Shown here in pieces: positions 49,263 through 56,687 of a stretch of 64,000 bases of DNA (its first letter is position 1; each line of letters opens with the position of its first letter). Below the pieces are notes generated by a model. It saw only the letters and a list, made by a program, of their open reading frames with translations. It was not told the origin of the DNA and did no database searches. Origin of the DNA: Flavobacteriales bacterium (GTDB taxonomy: Bacteria; Bacteroidota; Bacteroidia; Flavobacteriales_D; CAJJDF01). The DNA lies in assembly GCA_965660305.1 (NCBI GenBank), contig CBFHZD010000001.1, forward strand, positions 115,040 to 179,039. Direction: 5' to 3'. The position numbers and the translations under genes are program-made.

Positions 49263-49265
49263 GAA

Positions 49266-49736
49266 ATGGCATTTTACCAATTCATACAAGAGCAAAAAGT
49301 TCCTGCAACAATGGAAGAGGTTTGGGATTTTATTTCTTCACCTAAAAACTTAAAGGAAATAACTCCCGAATACATGGGATTTGATATCACTTCCACAGAC
49401 AGCGACCAAAAAATGTATCCAGGAATGATCATCACCTATGTGGTAAAGCCCCTTTTGGGCATCAAAACTCCTTGGATGACGGAAATTACACAAGTAAAAG
49501 ACATGGAGTTTTTTATTGATGAACAGCGAGTTGGCCCATACAAAATGTGGCACCATCAGCACTTTATTGAACCAACCGAAGGTGGCGTTTTAATGAAGGA
49601 CATTGTGACTTACATTCCACCATTAGGATTTTTGGGGGCCATTGCAAACAGCCTCTTTATTAAGAAAAAATTGAACGAAATATTTGAGTATAGAACTGTT
49701 GCTTTGGAAAAGAAGTATGGGAAGTTTGATTCTTAG
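49266..49736 (+). CDS. SRPBCC-superfamily protein
   Basis: 156 aa. START/Bet v1-like pattern judged by sequence impression. Confidence 0.55.
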   Translation: MAFYQFIQEQKVPATMEEVWDFISSPKNLKEITPEYMGFDITSTDSDQKMYPGMIITYVVKPLLGIKTPWMTEITQVKDMEFFIDEQRVGPYKMWHHQHFIEPTEGGVLMKDIVTYIPPLGFLGAIANSLFIKKKLNEIFEYRTVALEKKYGKFDS

Positions 49737-49748
49737 AGAATAGAAAAA

Positions 49749-49868
49749 GTTCTCGATACTAAATAACCTCCTATCCAGTCGATTATTTCACTGGAACTGA
49801 CTTCAACTATCGAGGGTCAGTTCGAGTGATTATGAGGTGTGAAAACGACTTAAAATTGTACCGAGAAC
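49749..49868. repeat. Family A composite palindromic element, copy 2
   Basis: GTTCTCGATAC (49749-59), CACTGGAACTGAC (49789-801), GGTCAGTTCGAGTG (49815-28) and GTACCGAGAAC (49858-68). Confidence 0.85.
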
Positions 49869-49898
49869 AGAACGAACAACTGACAAGCTAACAAAACT

Positions 49899-50180
49899 AT
49901 GAAACCAGAACTATCAGAAAGAGACATAAATCGGATTATTGAAATGGCTTGGGAGGATAGAACTCCTTTTGAAGCGATTGAATTTCAGTTTGGAACACCG
50001 GAAAGCGAGGTGATTAAAATCATGAGAAATTCATTGAAACGCAAAAGTTTTAATCTCTGGAGAAAACGAGTAAATAGCGGAGTAAGCCAAAAACATTTAA
50101 AGAAGCGGAATCCCGAAATTGACCGATTTAAATGTACTCGCCAACGAACCATTACTCATAATAAAATTTCAAAAAGATGA
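49899..50180 (+). CDS. TIGR03643-family small protein
   Basis: SERDINRIIEMAWEDRTPFEAIEFQFG ... SFNLWRKRV matches the remembered TIGR03643 signature. Ends 3 nt before the next gene. Confidence 0.75.
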   Translation: MKPELSERDINRIIEMAWEDRTPFEAIEFQFGTPESEVIKIMRNSLKRKSFNLWRKRVNSGVSQKHLKKRNPEIDRFKCTRQRTITHNKISKR

Positions 50181-50183
50181 CCT

Positions 50184-51275
50184 ATGTTTCCAACTGATTA
50201 CGCCTCTATTTTAAAAAGAATTGAAGCTGTAGAACCTGTTACTTATTGCAAATCTCGTAATTTCTTGGATGGAGCAGTCACAAGGCTTTCGCCCTATATT
50301 TCAAGGGGAGTTATTTCTACCAAACAAGTATTTGACCACGTAATGAGTTTGGGCTACAAACCCTATCAAATCGAAAAAATGCTTCAAGAATTAGCTTGGA
50401 GAGATTTCTGGCAACAAAGTTGGATTCACAAAGAAGGCGGAATAGATAATGACATTCGAAACGATCAAAAAGGAATGTTGACTCGAGAAATTTCCTCGAT
50501 TTTGGTAAATGCTGAAACAGGAATCTCTGCCATTGACGAAGGAATTGAAGAATTATACGAAACAGGTTACATGCATAATCATTTGAGAATGTACACTGCT
50601 GCAATTTCCTGTAATTTTGGAAAAAATCATTGGAAATTACCAGCTCAATGGATGTATTATCATTTGCTAGATGCAGATTGGGCGAGTAATGGATTGAGTT
50701 GGCAATGGGTAGCCGGCACCAATAGCAACAAACAATACATTGCCAATCAAGAGAACATAAATAAGTATTGTAAGACTTCGGACAGAGGCACTTTTTTAGA
50801 TTTGCCTTACGAGACTTTGGGAGAAATGGCACGCCCACAAGTATTAGCACAGACAGAAAATTTGGAGCTCACCACTCCTCTGCCAGACTCAAAACATCTG
50901 GAGCTTGACAAAGCTTTACCTACGGCTATCTATACTTTCTACAACTTGGATCCAATTTGGAGAAAAACGGAGAATATGAACCGAGTTTTAATTCTTGAAC
51001 CTTCGTTTTTTGAGAATTATCCTTCGTCACAAAAAGCAATAGATTTTGTATTGGATTTAACCAAAAACATCGAAAACTGCCAAGTATTTGTAGGTGAATT
51101 TAATGAGTTTATCTCTGAGAGTTCGACACCACAAATTTATTTCAAAGAACATCCAACGAACACTCACTTCAAAGGAATAGAAGATTCTAGAGATTGGATA
51201 GCTCCTGAAGTTCAAGGAGATTTTAGATCATTCTTTGGGTATTGGAAAAAAGTAAAAAAGAGTCTTAAACTTTGA
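50184..51275 (+). CDS. Photolyase-family FAD-binding-domain protein lacking the N-terminal alpha/beta domain
   Basis: Contains RLSPYISRGVIS, LAWRDFWQQSW, ETGYMHNHLRMYTAA and WASNGLSWQWVAGT. Starts at the FAD domain and carries a ~170-aa C-terminal extension. Confidence 0.8.
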   Translation: MFPTDYASILKRIEAVEPVTYCKSRNFLDGAVTRLSPYISRGVISTKQVFDHVMSLGYKPYQIEKMLQELAWRDFWQQSWIHKEGGIDNDIRNDQKGMLTREISSILVNAETGISAIDEGIEELYETGYMHNHLRMYTAAISCNFGKNHWKLPAQWMYYHLLDADWASNGLSWQWVAGTNSNKQYIANQENINKYCKTSDRGTFLDLPYETLGEMARPQVLAQTENLELTTPLPDSKHLELDKALPTAIYTFYNLDPIWRKTENMNRVLILEPSFFENYPSSQKAIDFVLDLTKNIENCQVFVGEFNEFISESSTPQIYFKEHPTNTHFKGIEDSRDWIAPEVQGDFRSFFGYWKKVKKSLKL

Positions 51276-52750
51276 GCAAAAAAGAGGTAAATATTGTTTG
51301 GTTGAAAAGGGATTTACGCACCCAAGACCATGTTCCATTTCAGCAAGCTGAGAAGAGCGGTTTACCTTACCTTATTCTTTTTTTATACGAACCTAGTCTT
51401 ATTGATTATCCCGACACTTCGGATAGGCATTTGCAGTTTTGCCATAACTCGATAAAAGTGATGAATGAAACGCTTGTAAACACTAACCAGAAAGTAATCG
51501 AATGCTATGGAAAAGCTGAAGAAATTTTTGACTATTTTACCGAAAACTACTCGGTTCAGAATGTGTTTAGCTACCGTGAAAGCGGAATAAAAGCAACTTG
51601 GAAACGCGATAAAGCCGTAAAAAAAATATTAGAATCCAATGGAGTCAACTGGACCGAATTCCAAAGGGACAATGTACTGAGAGGAATAAAAGACAGAGAC
51701 AATTGGGATAAGATTTGGTATCAAACCATGAATATCGAAGCCTTAAAAAACAGCTATTCTAACAAAGAAAAAATGGAGGTCGAGAATCCGTTTGTACTCC
51801 CTGAAAGGTTTAAAAAAAAACTAACCGATTACCCCAAATCATTTCAACCTGCAGGAGAAAAAAACGGCTGGAAATACCTTCAATCCTTTACTAAGGAAAG
51901 AGGAAAAAACTACAACCGACATATTTCAAAACCGACAGAAAGTCGTCTTTCATGTGGACGAATTTCTCCTTATATATCTTGGGGAAATCTCTCTGTAAAG
52001 CAAGCTTCTCAGTTTGTGGTAACTCATGAAAATTATCCGAAAAATAAGCGCGCTTTTCAAGGGATGTTAACCCGATTAAAATGGCATTGCCATTTTATAC
52101 AGAAATTTGAGGTGGAATGTGAATACGAAACCCACTGTTTGAATCCTGGTTACGAATCGCTTAAACACGAAAATAATTCAGACTTTTTGGAAGCTTGGAA
52201 AAAAGGTAAAACAGGTTACCCTCTGGTTGATGCTTGCATGCGAGCAGTAACCGAAACGGGTTGGATAAACTTTAGAATGAGAGCAATGCTCGTTTCATTC
52301 CTTTGCTTTAATTTAGATAATGATTGGCGAAATGGTGTGTATCATTTGGCCAAACAGTTCTTGGACTACGAACCTGGAATCCACTACCCCCAATTTCAGA
52401 TGCAAGCTGGAACAACCGGAATTAATACGGTGAGAATGTACAACCCTATAAAACAATCGCAAGACAATGATCCTGAAGGAGTTTTTATCAAAAAATGGGT
52501 GCCTGAGCTACGTGAATTCCCAACCAAATTTATCCACGAACCTTGGAAAGCAACAATGATTGATTTGATTGATTGTGGGGTAACATTAGGTGAAGATTAC
52601 CCTTTTCCTATTGTGGACTTGAAATCTACTGCCAAAGTTGCCAGAGAAAAAATTTGGGGACACCGAAAAAAACCAGAAGTAAGAAAGAACAGAAGAAGAA
52701 TTATTAAATTACATACGAGAGATAAAGCGACTGGCAAAGTGAGGAAGTGA
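51272..52750 (+). CDS. Cryptochrome/photolyase-family protein (full length)
   Basis: The N-terminus VNIVWLKRDLRTQDH is the classic photolyase alpha/beta start. FAD domain has TGYPLVDACMRAVTETGWINFRMRAML. TTG start overlaps the upstream TGA (TTGA). Confidence 0.85.
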   Translation: MSKKEVNIVWLKRDLRTQDHVPFQQAEKSGLPYLILFLYEPSLIDYPDTSDRHLQFCHNSIKVMNETLVNTNQKVIECYGKAEEIFDYFTENYSVQNVFSYRESGIKATWKRDKAVKKILESNGVNWTEFQRDNVLRGIKDRDNWDKIWYQTMNIEALKNSYSNKEKMEVENPFVLPERFKKKLTDYPKSFQPAGEKNGWKYLQSFTKERGKNYNRHISKPTESRLSCGRISPYISWGNLSVKQASQFVVTHENYPKNKRAFQGMLTRLKWHCHFIQKFEVECEYETHCLNPGYESLKHENNSDFLEAWKKGKTGYPLVDACMRAVTETGWINFRMRAMLVSFLCFNLDNDWRNGVYHLAKQFLDYEPGIHYPQFQMQAGTTGINTVRMYNPIKQSQDNDPEGVFIKKWVPELREFPTKFIHEPWKATMIDLIDCGVTLGEDYPFPIVDLKSTAKVAREKIWGHRKKPEVRKNRRRIIKLHTRDKATGKVRK

Positions 52751-52793
52751 ATGGAAGTTGGAAATCTAACTCAGAGTACCCTGTTGAGACGCT

Positions 52794-52818
52794 GTGCTGA
52801 GCATGGTCGAAGTAGGGG
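52794..52818. repeat. Type C repeat (CTGAGC-AT-GGTCGAAGT)
   Basis: GTGCTGAGCATGGTCGAAGTAGGGG shares the 17-nt frame with 27664-27680. Confidence 0.6.
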
Positions 52819-52942
52819 AACACAAGGGGTGCGTTGTTTGACAGGGAAATAAAAAAGAGCAATGAAAAGACTATATGAAGCCTTAGTTCTACCGGAGGGA
52901 GAGTAACGAAGGCTCAGGATAGAGAGGACATAAACAAACTAG

Positions 52943-53067
52943 TGTCAGTTCGAGTGATTTTATGAAATGATAACGGAATAAGATTGCATCGAGAACAAAA
53001 CGATGATTAAAAAGTTCTCGACACTAAATAATCTCCTTTTCAGTCGATTATTTCTCTCGAACTGACA
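52943..53067. repeat. Family A composite palindromic element, copy 3
   Basis: TGTCAGTTCGAGTG (52943-56), GCATCGAGAAC (52986-96), GTTCTCGACAC (53014-24) and CTCTCGAACTGACA (53054-67). Confidence 0.85.
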
Positions 53068-53095
53068 AAAGAATAAAATTTAAAAAAACAACAAA

Positions 53096-53743
53096 ATGCA
53101 TTTAACAAAAGAAGAGATTCAGCAACTCGACAAACGAAAAAGACTTAACATCATCAATTCAATTACAGGAATTAAACCTGCTAATTTGATAGGGACAGTC
53201 TCGGAAAACAATGTGGCCAATGTCGCGATTTTCAGTTCTATTGTTCACCTTGGGAGTAATCCTGCCCTTCTAGGATTTATTGTTCGTCCAACTGGAGAAG
53301 TTCCAAGAAACACGTATGAAAATATTCTTTCCAATGGAAGATACACTATCAATGCAGTGAACGAGAGTTTCATTAAAAATGCCCACTACACCTCAGCAAA
53401 GTTTGACAAAAATACTTCAGAATTTGACAAATGCGGATTGACAGATGAATACCTCCATGATTTCAAAGCTCCTTTTGTGAAAGAAAGCAACCTAAAAATT
53501 GGAATGAAATACTGCGAAAGTATCCCTATAGAAAGAAACGGAACTATTCTGGTAATTGGCGAGGTTGAACATTTAATCCTTCCAGAAAATTCCATTAATG
53601 AAAAAGGCTACATAGATTTGGACCAAGCAGAAATCGCAGGAATATCAGGGCTTAATTCGTATTATAGTTTAAAGAAAATTGCTTCGTTCCCTTATGTGAG
53701 GTTGGAGGAAGTTCCTGAATTCCCATCTCTAACTCTTCCCTAG
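53096..53743 (+). CDS. Flavin reductase-like (FMN-binding split-barrel) protein
   Basis: 215 aa. Family call by sequence impression (IKPANLIGTVSENNVANVAIFSS). Confidence 0.6.
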   Translation: MHLTKEEIQQLDKRKRLNIINSITGIKPANLIGTVSENNVANVAIFSSIVHLGSNPALLGFIVRPTGEVPRNTYENILSNGRYTINAVNESFIKNAHYTSAKFDKNTSEFDKCGLTDEYLHDFKAPFVKESNLKIGMKYCESIPIERNGTILVIGEVEHLILPENSINEKGYIDLDQAEIAGISGLNSYYSLKKIASFPYVRLEEVPEFPSLTLP

Positions 53744-53750
53744 GGGAAGA
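53734..53750. repeat. Type B hairpin TCTTCCC-tag-GGGAAGA spanning the stop codon
   Basis: Perfect 7-bp stem whose 3-nt loop is the TAG stop of the flavin reductase gene. Confidence 0.6.
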
Positions 53751-53790
53751 AAACTCCAAATTCTATGAATAATCCCAAACTAACTTAACT

Positions 53791-53820
53791 CCCTTCCCTT
53801 AGGGAAGGGGTGGGGATGGG
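53791..53820. repeat. Type B hairpin repeat CCCTTCCC-tta-GGGAAGGG-GT-GGGGATGGG
   Basis: Perfect 8-bp stem. Near-duplicate of 27702-27730. Confidence 0.65.
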
Positions 53821-53874
53821 ATAACACGAGCATAAACCTGCAACTTGAAAACTGCAACTAGCAACCAGATACCA

Positions 53875-54009
53875 ATGAAAAAACAGCACCTTCCAACAAA
53901 AATCTGCCTAGTGTGTGAGCGTCCTTTTACCTGGCGAAAGAAATGGGAGAAAGTATGGGATGAGGTAAAATATTGCAGTGAAAAATGCAGGAGGAATAAA
54001 AATAAATAA
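53875..54009 (+). CDS. DUF2256-like zinc-ribbon protein (44 aa, not in ORF track)
   Basis: Hand translation gives [44 protein letters not shown], with C-x2-C ... C-x3-C. Lies between flavin reductase and the CryPro-like gene. Confidence 0.75.
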   Translation: MKKQHLPTKICLVCERPFTWRKKWEKVWDEVKYCSEKCRRNKNK

Positions 54010-54014
54010 ATGTC

Positions 54015-54131
54015 GTTCTCAATACATTTTTGTTTCGTTATCACTTCACAAAAACACTCGAACTGACAAATTTACTTTCAGTTCAAGTGTTTGTTATCGG
54101 ACGGGAGTGAGATAAAAAAAGTATCGAGAAC
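54015..54131. repeat. Family A composite palindromic element, copy 4
   Basis: GTTCTCAATAC (54015-25), CACTCGAACTGACA (54055-68), TTTCAGTTCAAGTG (54076-89) and GTATCGAGAAC (54121-31). Confidence 0.85.
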
Positions 54132-54153
54132 AAATAAGAAAATACAATTAACT

Positions 54154-55635
54154 ATGAACCAAGCAACCCTTATCTTCCCCCACCAACTTCATCCAGATAT
54201 CTCGGAACTAGATAGGAGCATTCCTCTATTTTTAGTGGAAGAACATCTATTTTTTAGTCAGTATAAATTTCACAAACAAAAAATTGCTTTTCACAGAGCT
54301 ACTATGAAGTTTTATGAAAACTACTTGAACGAAAATGGATTTGCGGTAACTTATGTGGAAGCAAATCAAGAAATATCTGACGTAAGAAAATTGATTCCTG
54401 AAATGAGTAAAAAAGGAATTGAGAAGGTCATTTATAGAGACCCAACGGATTATTATTTAGAAAAAAGATTGAATGAGGGGTTGCAGGAGGCAAAAATGGA
54501 GAAAGGAGAACTAAAAAGTTTGTTGTTTATCAATTCTAAAGACGACTTAGGCAGTTTTTTCAAACCCACAAAAAAGAAGTTTTTTCAAACTAGTTTTTAT
54601 AAGAGTGAGCGAGCGAGATTGAACATTTTGATGGATGACGAAGGCAAACCGGAAGGAGGAAAACTGACTTATGACGATCAAAACAGGAAAAAATACCCAG
54701 CAAAAAAAACTGCACCGGCAATTCATTTCCCTGAAGCCAATGAGTTTCATCAAAAGGCCAAAGCATATGTCGAAGCTAATTTCAATGATAATTTTGGAGA
54801 ATTAACCTCCGAAACTTATTACCCAGTAACATTTGAGCAAACAGAAACTTGGCTCAACCAATTTTTAGAAACTCGATTTCACGAATTTGGAGACTACGAA
54901 GACGCCATTGTAAAAGAAGAAATATTCTTGAATCACAGCATGCTCACTCCTATGCTAAACGTTGGGCTTATACCACCTCAACAAATCATAGACAGAGCCA
55001 TAGAGTTTGCCAGAAAAAACAATGTGCCTCTCAACTCACTAGAAGGTTTTGTGAGGCAAATTATGGGTTGGCGAGAGTTTATTAGAGGAATGTACCAAGC
55101 TAAAGGCCGCGAATCTCGAATCAAAAATTACTGGGGATTTACTCGAAAAATTCCTGCTTCTTTTTATGACGGAACCACAGGAATTGTTCCTGTAGATGAT
55201 ACGATTAAAAAAATCCTGAAAACAGGATATTGTCACCACATTGAGCGATTGATGGTGATAGGAAACTTTATGCTCCTTTGCGAATTCGACCCAGACGAAG
55301 TGTACCAATGGTTTATGGAGTTATTTATTGATTCGTACGATTGGGTAATGGTGCCCAATGTTTATGGAATGAGCCAATTTGCCGATGGTGGTTTCTTTGC
55401 AACTAAACCCTACATCAGCGGAAGTAACTACCTCATAAAAATGAGTAACTACAAAAAAGGAGGAGACTGGCAAACTACTTGGGATGGACTGTTCTGGAGG
55501 TTCATGCACATTCACAGAGACTTTTTTGTAAAAAACCCAAGGTTAGGGATGTTGGTCAGGAATTTTGATAACCAATCGCCTGAAAAACGAAATGGACATT
55601 TGGAGGCTGCGGATGCGTATTTGAGCACCCTATAA
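54154..55635 (+). CDS. Cryptochrome/photolyase-related protein of the CryPro / FeS-BCP (COG3046) type, without Fe-S cysteines
   Basis: Contains VRQIMGWREFIRGMY, GYCHHIERLMVIGNF and PNVYGMSQFADGGFFATKPYISGSNY. Start moved from TTG 54091 (inside repeat) to ATG 54154. Confidence 0.8.
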   Translation: MNQATLIFPHQLHPDISELDRSIPLFLVEEHLFFSQYKFHKQKIAFHRATMKFYENYLNENGFAVTYVEANQEISDVRKLIPEMSKKGIEKVIYRDPTDYYLEKRLNEGLQEAKMEKGELKSLLFINSKDDLGSFFKPTKKKFFQTSFYKSERARLNILMDDEGKPEGGKLTYDDQNRKKYPAKKTAPAIHFPEANEFHQKAKAYVEANFNDNFGELTSETYYPVTFEQTETWLNQFLETRFHEFGDYEDAIVKEEIFLNHSMLTPMLNVGLIPPQQIIDRAIEFARKNNVPLNSLEGFVRQIMGWREFIRGMYQAKGRESRIKNYWGFTRKIPASFYDGTTGIVPVDDTIKKILKTGYCHHIERLMVIGNFMLLCEFDPDEVYQWFMELFIDSYDWVMVPNVYGMSQFADGGFFATKPYISGSNYLIKMSNYKKGGDWQTTWDGLFWRFMHIHRDFFVKNPRLGMLVRNFDNQSPEKRNGHLEAADAYLSTL

Positions 55636-56505
55636 AGTATTCAAAATCTGCTCTTTAATTTTCTCCAACTGATCTTTCATTTCCACCACAATTTTTTGAA
55701 TCTCTTGGTGGTTGGCTTTTGAACCCAACGTATTTACTTCTCTTCCTATTTCTTGAGCCACAAATCCTAGTTTTTTTCCTTGTGATTCTGGATTGTTCAT
55801 AATGTCGATAAAATACTCCAAATGCCCAGATAGTCTTACTTTTTCTTCGGTCACATCATATTTTTCGATAAAATAAATCAACTCTTGCTCAAACCTGTTT
55901 TGGTCAAATTGGGGACTATCCAGTTTTTCCTCCAAATTAGATTTCAATCGGGCTTTTACTGTTTCTATGCGCTCACCTTCATATTTTTCCACTTCCTTCA
56001 GTAACTCGCCTATCCGGTTAATGTTTTTGGTAAATTCTTTGTGTAAGGCCTCTCCTTCTCTACTCCTAAACTCCTTAAAGTTTGACACAGCTTCTTCAAT
56101 CAATTTTTCTACTGCTTTCCATTCTTCTGGGTCTAGCTCTTCTTTTTCTTGGCTATACACCTCTGGCATTTTCATTGCCAATTCCATCAATTTAGCATCA
56201 TTATCTACTCCCAGCGAACCCGAAAGTGCTTTTAAATCATTGAAATAGGTTGTTACCACTTCGTGATTAATTTTTGCAGAATTACTTTTTGGAGGTAACT
56301 CTACATAAATTCCAAAATCCACTTTTCCTCGGCTAATTAACTTGGATAATTTTTTGTTTAAGGTCAATTCATTCTCTCTGTAAAAACCAGGCATCCTCAT
56401 GTTTAAATCAAAAAACTTACTGTTCAAGGATTTAATTTCTACATTAATTTTTTTGTCGTTGTAAGTTCCGGTAGCTTTTCCGTAACCTGTCATTGATTGA
56501 ATCAT
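55630..56505 (-). CDS. yicC: YicC/YloC-family protein
   Basis: MIQSMTGYG start and C-terminal DUF1732-like QEIGREVNTLGSKAN motif. Confidence 0.85.
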   Translation of the reverse strand: MIQSMTGYGKATGTYNDKKINVEIKSLNSKFFDLNMRMPGFYRENELTLNKKLSKLISRGKVDFGIYVELPPKSNSAKINHEVVTTYFNDLKALSGSLGVDNDAKLMELAMKMPEVYSQEKEELDPEEWKAVEKLIEEAVSNFKEFRSREGEALHKEFTKNINRIGELLKEVEKYEGERIETVKARLKSNLEEKLDSPQFDQNRFEQELIYFIEKYDVTEEKVRLSGHLEYFIDIMNNPESQGKKLGFVAQEIGREVNTLGSKANHQEIQKIVVEMKDQLEKIKEQILNTL

Positions 56506-56557
56506 GGTGGTTTATTTTATTAAGACAAAGGTACTTTTTATTTAGGAAATTCTATTC

Positions 56558-56681
56558 CTGTCAGTTCGAGTGTTTTTTATTGGAGCTTTTGCGGAAATAA
56601 AAATGGTATCGAGAACTCGCGCTAAATTCTCGATACATTTTATTCCCTTGAAAAAAGGGAGCAAAACACTCGAACTGACAG
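56558..56681. repeat. Family A composite palindromic element, copy 5
   Basis: CTGTCAGTTCGAGTG (56558-72), GTATCGAGAAC (56606-16), ATTCTCGATAC (56626-36) and CACTCGAACTGACAG (56667-81). Confidence 0.85.
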
Positions 56682-56687
56682 TTGAAA

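Noticed and set aside
50317-50850. 177-aa minus-strand ORF antisense to the FAD-domain gene. Similar antisense or alternate-frame ORFs occur at 24659-25370, 37596-37976, 38677-39069, 46725-47078, 2574-2924 and 6129-6458.
   Set aside because: Each is nested inside a longer ORF with clear family motifs on the other strand or frame, and none shows a recognisable domain. Treated as shadow ORFs.
52751-52942. Possible small structured RNA (SRP/6S-like) in the 345-bp spacer after the photolyase gene
   Set aside because: Only a weak outer pairing (CCCTGT...ACAGGG) around a type C repeat. No SRP, 6S, tmRNA or RNase P signature blocks were recognised. More simply explained as repeat mosaic.
53799-54044. 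81-aa minus-strand ORF in the track
   Set aside because: It runs antisense to a well-formed DUF2256 zinc-ribbon ORF. Its C-terminal end is merely the translation of the GGGAAGGGGTGGGGATGGG repeat, and it has no recognisable motif.
49749-54131. Family A elements as integron attC sites
   Set aside because: attC sites run 5' RYYYAAC ... GTTRRRY 3'. Here the outer boxes read 5' GTTCTCG ... CGAGAAC 3', which is the opposite polarity. The inner AAC...GTT pair is separated by only 8-30 nt, and no integrase or cassette structure is present.
43573-56681. Family A repeats as a CRISPR array
   Set aside because: Units are in alternating (inverted) orientation, spread over 13 kb between genes, with variable internal sequence and no regular repeat-spacer periodicity. 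No cas genes are in the window.
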